Part shown: positions 57,448 through 64,000 of the stretch, one piece after another
Position numbering within the stretch: the first letter of the stretch is position 1
Layout: each line of letters begins with the position of its first letter
Assembly: GCA_963813535.1 (NCBI GenBank)
Contig: CAWEZH010000003.1
Coordinates: 800,001-864,000 of the forward strand
Source: an uncultured Chloroflexia bacterium
Lineage (GTDB): Bacteria; Chloroflexota; Limnocylindria; Limnocylindrales; CSP1-4
Direction of reading: 5' to 3'
DNA: 64,000 nucleotides
Notes under the pieces: generated by a model
Seen by the model: the letters and a program-made list of their open reading frames with translations, nothing else
Database searches by the model: none
Told to the model about the DNA's origin: nothing
Program-made: the position numbers and the translations under genes

Positions 57448-58553
57448 CGGTCTTCGGCCAGCGGGAGGCGGCGCCCTTGTACGCAGACCAGTTCGAGATC
57501 TACCACGGGAATGCCAACCCTGAGCTGGCGCGCAAGATCGCCAGCTATCTCGGCTCGGAGTGCGGCAAGGCCGAGGTCTTCCAGTTCGCGAACGAGAACA
57601 TCTTCGTCAAGATCCTCGACAACGTCCGCGAGAAGGACGTCTTCCTGGTGCAGCCGACGTCGCACCCGGTCAACCAGTCGATCATGGAGCTGCTGATCAT
57701 GATCGACGCCTTCAAGCGCGCGTCGGCCGGCCGGATCACCGCCGTCATCCCGTTCTACGCGTACGGTCGGTCCGATAAGAAGGACCAGCCGCGCGTGCCG
57801 ATCACGGCCCGGCTCATCGCCGACATGATCACCGTCGCCGGTGCCGATCGCGTCCTGTCGATGGACCTCCACCAGGGCCAGATCCAGGGCTTCTTCAACA
57901 TCCCGGTCGACGAGCTCACCGCCGTCCACATGCTCTCGAACTACTTCATCAACAAGCACATCGACGACTGCGTCGTCGTGACCGACCTCGGCTTCGCCAA
58001 GCGTGCCCGGGCGTTCGCCGAGATCCTCGACGCCCCGCTGGCGATCATCGAGAAGCGCCGCGTCGGCAACCTGGACCGGGCCGAGCTGATGAACGTCATC
58101 GGTGAGGTCAAGGGCAGGCGGGCGATCATCGTCGACGACGAGATCGACACTGCCGGGACGCTCATCGAGGTCGTCCGGGCGCTCGAGCGCGAGGGCGTGA
58201 CCGAGATGTATGCCTGCGCCACGCACGGCGTGCTGAGCGACCCGGCCATCGAGCGCATCCGTGACAGCGCGTTGCGCGAAGTCGTCATCACGGACTCGAT
58301 CCCCTTGCCCGCGGCCAAGCGCCTGCCGAAGATCACCGTTCTGTCGGTCGCGCCACTCATCGGCGAGGCGATCAAGCGCATCCATCGCGGCGAATCGGTC
58401 GGGGCGCTGTTCTCGAGCGAGGTGTCGTTCACCCAGGAGATGCTCCTCTGGGACGAGGGCGCTGAGGGGCCGGCTGGCTCGTCTGGTGCGGACGGCGACG
58501 AGGAGCCTTCACTACCGGACGCTCTGGCCGCAGCGGTACCATCCGAGCGATGA
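57444..58553 (+). CDS. prs: Ribose-phosphate pyrophosphokinase
   Basis: [29 protein letters not shown]. Confidence 0.95.
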   Translation: MTVFGQREAAPLYADQFEIYHGNANPELARKIASYLGSECGKAEVFQFANENIFVKILDNVREKDVFLVQPTSHPVNQSIMELLIMIDAFKRASAGRITAVIPFYAYGRSDKKDQPRVPITARLIADMITVAGADRVLSMDLHQGQIQGFFNIPVDELTAVHMLSNYFINKHIDDCVVVTDLGFAKRARAFAEILDAPLAIIEKRRVGNLDRAELMNVIGEVKGRRAIIVDDEIDTAGTLIEVVRALEREGVTEMYACATHGVLSDPAIERIRDSALREVVITDSIPLPAAKRLPKITVLSVAPLIGEAIKRIHRGESVGALFSSEVSFTQEMLLWDEGAEGPAGSSGADGDEEPSLPDALAAAVPSER

Positions 58554-58798
58554 CGCTCCAGCTGCACCGGCGGGACGAGGAGGGCGAGCTCGAGGCGCGC
58601 CCGTCGGAACCCGACTGGCAGGCCCAGCTCCGCTCGCCGTTGTGGGGCACGCGCCTTCGTCGCAAGCGACTGCCGAACCTCAAGAACAGCGAGATGAACC
58701 CGACGCCCACGTTCATCGCGATCCTGTTCTGGGTCGGCCTTGCGGTCGCCACGTTCGTGCTGCTGGTCATCGGTTACGGAACGAGGTTCTGGGGCTAG
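58550..58798 (+). CDS. Small hypothetical membrane protein
   Basis: ATGA overlap with prs; C-terminal TM helix. Confidence 0.6.
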   Translation: MTLQLHRRDEEGELEARPSEPDWQAQLRSPLWGTRLRRKRLPNLKNSEMNPTPTFIAILFWVGLAVATFVLLVIGYGTRFWG

Positions 58799-58862
58799 CG
58801 GGCTGACCGCGCCAGGCCGCTGAACAGGGAAACGGCCCCAGTCCGCCTATACTCAGGCTCCC

Positions 58863-61853
58863 ATGAAGTTCCTTTCCCGTTTCGTCGACTCGAACGACCG
58901 TGAGCTGCGTCGGATCCAGCCCTGGGTCGAGGAGGCCAACGCGCTCGAGGCCGAATTCGAGGGCCTGTCCGACGAAGAGATCCGTACCCAGTTCGCCGAG
59001 ATCCGCGACGAGGTCCGCGCGAGCGTCCAGCCCGAGGAGCCGTCCGACGACGAGCTCCATCACGAGGACCTGGAACGCCGTCGCGAGCTGACCAAGGCGC
59101 GTCGCAAGCGCGAGAACGAGCGGCTCCAGAAGGCCCTCGACGACGTGCTGCCCGAGGTCTTCGCGATGACGCGCGAAGCCATGAAGCGGACGCTCGACAT
59201 GCGCCACTTCGACGTCCAGCTCATCGGCGGAGCCGTCCTCCACCAGGGCCGGATCGCCGAGATGCGGACAGGCGAGGGCAAGACGCTCGTCGCACCGCTC
59301 GCGGCGATCCTCAATTCGCTGGCGGGCCACGGCGTTCACATCGTGACGGTCAACGATTACCTCGCCCGGCGCGATCCGCAGTGGATGGGCCCGATCTACC
59401 ACTTCCTCGGCGTGAGCGTCGGCATGATCCTCGGGCAGCAGTCCGACGGCGGGCCGGCGTCCTACGTGTTCGAGCCCGGATACCCGACGACCGATGAGCG
59501 GCTGATCAACCTGCGCCCGGTCGACCGCGCGGCGGCCTATGCCGCCGACGTGACGTACGGCACCAACAACGAGTTCGGGTTCGACTACCTGCGCGACAAC
59601 ATGGTCGTGGAGCTCAACCAGCGCGTGCAGCGCGAGCGGAGCTTCGGCATCGTCGACGAGGTCGACAACATCCTCATCGACGAGGCGCGCACGCCGCTGA
59701 TCATCTCCGGTCAGGCCGAGGAATCGGCGGACCTGTACTTCACGTTCGCCCGTCTCGTGCCGCGCCTCAAGGAGCGGCCCGAGGGCGCCGAGGAGGGCGG
59801 CGACTACTACATCGACCTCAAGGACCGCGCGGTGAGCTCCACCGAGGAGGGCGTCCACAAGATGGAGGGCTTCCTCGGCGTCGACAACATGTACGACGCC
59901 GATCCGCGGCTGGCCCGCCACTTCGACCAGGCGCTGCGCGCCCACGCGCTGTACAAGCGCGACCGGGACTACATCGTCAAGGACGGCGAGATCATCATCG
60001 TCGACGAGTTCACGGGCCGGCAGATGCCCGGACGGCGCTGGAGCGAGGGCCTGCATCAGGCGATCGAGGCCAAGGAGGGTCTGCGCGTCCAGCGCGAGAG
60101 CGTGACCCTCGCCACGATCACGTTCCAGAACTACTTCCGCCTCTACGACAAGCTGGCCGGCATGACCGGCACCGCGATGACCGAGGCCGAGGAGTTCCAC
60201 AAGATCTACAACCTCGAAGTCGTGGCGATCCCGACCCACCGCGACATGGTCCGGACCGACGAGGCCGATCTCGTGTTCCGTGATGAGAAGGCGAAGTTCA
60301 ACGCCCTGATCGACGAGGTCGCCGAGATGCAGGAGGCGGGCCGCCCGGTGCTCGTCGGCACGGTCAGCGTCGAGAAGTCCGAGATCCTGTCGGCGATGCT
60401 CAAGCGCCGGGGCATCAAGCACGAGACCCTCAACGCCAAGTTCCACGAGAAGGAGTCCGGGATCGTCGCCCAGGCCGGGCGCACCGGTTCGGTGACCATC
60501 GCCACGAACATGGCCGGCCGCGGCACCGACATCCTGCTCGGCGGCAATCCGGCGGGCCTCGCCTCGGAGGCGCTCCATCGCAAGGGCCTCAATCCGGCCG
60601 AGGTGGAGGACGAGATCTACCAGGGCGCCCTCGCCGACGCACGCGAGCTGACCGAGGAGGACCACGCCCAGGTCGTCGACGCCGGTGGGCTGCACATCAT
60701 CGGCACCGAGCGACATGAGTCACGCCGCATCGACAACCAGCTCCGCGGCCGTGCTGGTCGTCAGGGTGACCCGGGATCGTCGCGGTTCTACCTGTCGCTC
60801 GACGACGACCTGATGAAGCGCTTCGCGTCTGACCGGGTGACGGGCCTCATGGAGCGGCTCGGCCTCGAGGAGGACGTGGCGATCGAATCGCGTCTCGTGT
60901 CGAAGACGATCGAGAGTGCCCAGAGTCGAGTCGAGGGCTACAACTTCGACATCCGCAAGCGCGTCGTCGAGTTCGACGACGTCATCAATAAGCAGCGCGA
61001 GACGATCTATGCCGAGCGCGACAAGGTCCTCAAGAACGAGGACCTGACCGACACGGTCCGCGCCTTCCTCGACGAGGAGATCGACGCGCTCGTCGATGGC
61101 CACCTTTCCGGGGAGGACCCCGACGGCTGGGACGTCGAGGGGCTGTCGACCGCGCTCACCGCGATGGGCCTCGGCGGTGAGGCGACCTCGGCCGACACGC
61201 TCTGGGACCAGGGCGGTCGCGAGTCGGTCGGCGAGTACCTCCGCGAGATCGCCGACGAGCGGCTAGCCGCACGCGAGGCCGAGGTCGGCGAGGAGCACTG
61301 GGCCGTGGCCGAGCGGATCGTGCTGCTACGGACGATCGACTCGCTGTGGGTCGAGCACCTGACCGAGGTCGACGACATGCGCCGCGGCATCGGGCTGCGC
61401 GGCTATGCCCAACAGGACCCGCTCAACGAGTTCCGCCGCGAGGCGTACCGGATGTACGAGGAGCTGCGCGACCTGATCCGCCACGGGGTCGCGTCGGCCA
61501 TCTTCCGCGTCACCATCCAGAGCGAGCCACCGCCCGACGCCGCCCGAACCCTGCCCGGTCCGGGCCAGCCGTCGCGCCCCGATGGCACGAACGGCGCGTC
61601 GACGCCAACACAGACGCGCGTGCCGGCGGCTGCCGGGGCGGGTTCGGCCGTCGCAGGCGGGTCGGCTGCGGCCGGGTCGGCGATCCTCGATGTCCGCGAG
61701 TCGCGCGGTGACCAGACGGTGGTCGGCGGGAATGGCGCCGGGGCGTCGGGCGGTGTCCGGCCGGGGTACACTCCGGCCGGGGCGCGCATCGGCCGCAACG
61801 ATCCGTGCTGGTGTGGTTCCGGGGCCAAGTACAAGAAGTGCCACGGCCGCTGA
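58863..61853 (+). CDS. secA: Preprotein translocase SecA
   Basis: MRTGEGKT, DEVD.ILIDE, SEC-C GRNDPCWCGSG.KYKKCH; TATACT at 58848. Confidence 0.98.
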   Translation: MKFLSRFVDSNDRELRRIQPWVEEANALEAEFEGLSDEEIRTQFAEIRDEVRASVQPEEPSDDELHHEDLERRRELTKARRKRENERLQKALDDVLPEVFAMTREAMKRTLDMRHFDVQLIGGAVLHQGRIAEMRTGEGKTLVAPLAAILNSLAGHGVHIVTVNDYLARRDPQWMGPIYHFLGVSVGMILGQQSDGGPASYVFEPGYPTTDERLINLRPVDRAAAYAADVTYGTNNEFGFDYLRDNMVVELNQRVQRERSFGIVDEVDNILIDEARTPLIISGQAEESADLYFTFARLVPRLKERPEGAEEGGDYYIDLKDRAVSSTEEGVHKMEGFLGVDNMYDADPRLARHFDQALRAHALYKRDRDYIVKDGEIIIVDEFTGRQMPGRRWSEGLHQAIEAKEGLRVQRESVTLATITFQNYFRLYDKLAGMTGTAMTEAEEFHKIYNLEVVAIPTHRDMVRTDEADLVFRDEKAKFNALIDEVAEMQEAGRPVLVGTVSVEKSEILSAMLKRRGIKHETLNAKFHEKESGIVAQAGRTGSVTIATNMAGRGTDILLGGNPAGLASEALHRKGLNPAEVEDEIYQGALADARELTEEDHAQVVDAGGLHIIGTERHESRRIDNQLRGRAGRQGDPGSSRFYLSLDDDLMKRFASDRVTGLMERLGLEEDVAIESRLVSKTIESAQSRVEGYNFDIRKRVVEFDDVINKQRETIYAERDKVLKNEDLTDTVRAFLDEEIDALVDGHLSGEDPDGWDVEGLSTALTAMGLGGEATSADTLWDQGGRESVGEYLREIADERLAAREAEVGEEHWAVAERIVLLRTIDSLWVEHLTEVDDMRRGIGLRGYAQQDPLNEFRREAYRMYEELRDLIRHGVASAIFRVTIQSEPPPDAARTLPGPGQPSRPDGTNGASTPTQTRVPAAAGAGSAVAGGSAAAGSAILDVRESRGDQTVVGGNGAGASGGVRPGYTPAGARIGRNDPCWCGSGAKYKKCHGR

Positions 61854-61857
61854 TCGG

Positions 61858-62463
61858 CTGAGGCATCCGTGCGCGCTCATCGCTCGACTCTTCGTCGCGG
61901 GTCTGATCGCCGCAGTCGCGCTCGCCGGCTATGCGGCGTACCGGATCTGGGACCAGGGCAATCGCGACGAGCGGCCGTCGGCGGACGTCATCGTCGTGAT
62001 GGGCGCGGCGCAGTACGACGGGCGTCCGTCCCCCGTGTTCGCGGCCCGGCTCGACCACGCCATCGACCTGTACCACGAGGGCGTCGCGCCGCGGCTCATC
62101 GTGACCGGCGGCAAGCGCGAGGGCGATCGCACGACCGAGGCCGACAGCGCCCGGATCTATGCCGTCCAGCACGACGTCCCCAACGAGGTGATCCTCAGCG
62201 AGGACCAGAGCCGGACGACGCTCCAGTCGATCCGCGGCGTGGCGGGATTGATGCGCGATGCGGGCTTCGAGACGGCGGTGTTCGTGTCGGACCCGAGCCA
62301 CATGCTGCGTGTCCTGCGGATGGCCTCGGATGAAGGCATCGCGGCCTACGGCTCGCCGACCCGCACCAGTCCGCTCGAGCACGATGCCGTGAGGCGAGTC
62401 GACGCGATCGTCCACGAGCTCGCGGCGCTGGCGGTGTACTTCGTGTCCGGCGAGGCGCCCTAG
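61858..62463 (+). CDS. YdcF/DUF218 (ElyC/SanA-like) protein; start codon problematic
   Basis: IVVMGAA, RLDHA..LY, VTGG, EDQS.TT, VSDP.H..R; N-terminal TM. Confidence 0.8.
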   Translation: MRHPCALIARLFVAGLIAAVALAGYAAYRIWDQGNRDERPSADVIVVMGAAQYDGRPSPVFAARLDHAIDLYHEGVAPRLIVTGGKREGDRTTEADSARIYAVQHDVPNEVILSEDQSRTTLQSIRGVAGLMRDAGFETAVFVSDPSHMLRVLRMASDEGIAAYGSPTRTSPLEHDAVRRVDAIVHELAALAVYFVSGEAP

Positions 62464-62518
62464 CGTCGGCAGGGGTCGATTCGGGGCCGATCTGCCCGCC
62501 GATTTCGGAACTACCCCC

Positions 62519-62547
62519 TTGGCGCTCGGAGCTTGGCCGCCTATACT
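62519..62547 (+). promoter_or_regulatory. Promoter of the Cys-rich gene and prfB
   Basis: TTGGCG-17 bp-TATACT. Confidence 0.6.
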
Positions 62548-62641
62548 GGGCCAACCCGCCGATCCCGGACCGCTCGCGTCCACCGGCAGGTCTCCCAGCC
62601 CCGCCCCGCTCGTGCCCAGCGTCGTGAATGGAGGGAGTCCG

Positions 62642-62866
62642 TTGAAGCAGGCCGAGGACGCCGCGTTCGTCGATCTCATCGCGTGTGAGCGCGATTGCCG
62701 GAACTGCAGCTACGCGGCCGCTCTCGACTGCGACGGCAACTGCGGCGTCTGTCCGCACAACAGCTACTGCCCCTGCGTGAACCCCGTCGTCGCCCGAAGC
62801 AAGACGGCGCTGCGGCTCATCGAGCTGCGTCCGATCCTGCTGCAGGATCTCAAGGTCCGGAACTAG
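62642..62866 (+). CDS. 74-aa cysteine-rich hypothetical protein
   Basis: GGAGGGAG RBS + TTG; 8 Cys; stop overlaps prfB GTG by one base. Confidence 0.75.
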   Translation: MKQAEDAAFVDLIACERDCRNCSYAAALDCDGNCGVCPHNSYCPCVNPVVARSKTALRLIELRPILLQDLKVRN

Positions 62867-63997
62867 TGGACGCGTCCGCCGTTCGCGACCTGGCCGAGCG
62901 GATCCGGTCGACCTCGGGGCGCCTTTGACCTCGAGGCGAAACAGGACCGCGTCGCTCAGATCGACGCACTGACCCTCGAGCCCGGGTTCTGGGATGACCA
63001 GCGGGCCGCCCAGAAGGTCCTCCGGGAGGCCGACAGCCTCCGCTCCGAGATCGAGACCTGGCACGGGCTGCTGGCGCGTGCGGAGGATCTGGAAGCCGCG
63101 GTCGAGCTCCTGACCGAATCACCCGACGCGGATCTCGAGACCGAGCTCGCGCGGAACGTGGCGAGCCTGGAGACCGACTTCGGGCGCGAGCGCACGATGT
63201 TGCTCTTCTCGGGCGAGCACGACGAACGCTCGGCGATCCTCACGATCAGTGCCGGCGCGGGCGGCACCGAGGCGACGGACTGGGCCGACATGCTCCTGCG
63301 GATGTACCTCCGCTGGGCCGAGCGCCATCGCTACGCGACCGAGATCATCGACCAGCAGGAAGGCGAGCAGGCCGGTCTCAAGAGCGTGACCGTCGAGGTC
63401 GAGGGGCGCCGTGCATATGGCTGGCTGCGCGCCGAGCGCGGCGTCCATCGACTCGTGCGGATCAGCCCGTTCGACTCGCAGAAGCGGCGCCAGACCACCT
63501 TCGCGCTCGTCGAGATCCTGCCGGAGGCCGACGACGACATCGAGATCGAGCTCGACTGGGACCAGATCCGCGTCGATACGTATCGCTCGCAGGGAGCCGG
63601 CGGCCAGCATGTCAACAAGACCGACTCGGCCGTCCGGCTGACCCACCTGCCGACCAACATCGTCGTGCAGAGTCAGAACGAGCGCTCGCAGACGCAGAAC
63701 AAGGAGAACGCGACCAAGGTGCTCAAGTCCCGCCTGCTCGAACTCGCCCTCGAGGAGAAGGAGGCCGAGCTGCGGGTGCTCAAGGGCGAGCACGTCGAGG
63801 CCGGTTGGGGCAACCAGATCCGCAGCTATGTGCTGCACCCGTACCAGATGGTCAAGGACCTGCGCACCGGGCACGAGACCGGCAACACGACCGCGGTCCT
63901 CGACGGCGACCTGGACGCGTTCATGCAGGCCGAGCTCGAACGCCTGGCCACCGGGGGGGAGTGGCGCGGCAGCGACAGCGAGGGCGACGCGGCGTGA
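62866..63997 (+). CDS. prfB: Peptide chain release factor 2, join(62866..62925,62927..63997)
   Basis: SPF and GGQ motifs; CTTTGAC +1 shift site after 20 codons. Confidence 0.95.
62916..62929 (+). other. Programmed +1 frameshift signal of prfB
   Basis: GGGG internal SD-like sequence, 3 nt, then CTT TGA C. Confidence 0.9.
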
Positions 63998-64000
63998 CCG

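Noticed and set aside
58767-60716. Long antisense ORFs (also 7466-9238, 24780-26597, 47078-48991)
   Set aside because: Typical shadow frames of high-GC genes with no recognisable motifs
62916-62929. prfB frameshift as a novelty or pseudogene
   Set aside because: It is the well-known autoregulatory programmed +1 shift

Overview
GC-rich (roughly 70% by eye) bacterial chromosomal window, mostly core genes. Gene content and protein style suggest a monoderm lineage such as Chloroflexota; this is inference, not a database result. 1-16.5 kb (+): two GT-C glycosyltransferases, an unusual two-kinase/one-regulator DegS/DegU-like module, five tandem Flp pilin genes (most with their own promoter and terminator), cpaB-cpaE-tadA-tadB-tadC, DUF192, comF, hpf, nfo and a third GT-C. 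16.6-49.4 kb (mostly -): XRE regulator, mreB, murA, the full F1Fo atp operon, WecA/TagO, glyA, tsaC, prmC, a frameshift-split amylo-alpha-1,6-glucosidase, prfA, rpmE/rpmA/rplU, rodA-mrdA-mreD. 49.5-64 kb (+): a perfect parS, parA-parB-gyrB-(PaaI, AlkD-like)-gyrA-prs, secA, YdcF, a 74-aa 8-Cys microprotein and prfB with its programmed +1 frameshift. The best candidate for an undescribed system is the Tad locus control module: a sensorless active kinase plus a coiled-coil pseudo-kinase flanking a NarL-type regulator that carries a Cle-like c-di-GMP-binding motif, directly upstream of a multi-copy pilin array linked to comF and GT-C enzymes. No rRNA, tRNA, CRISPR array or mobile element was recognised.
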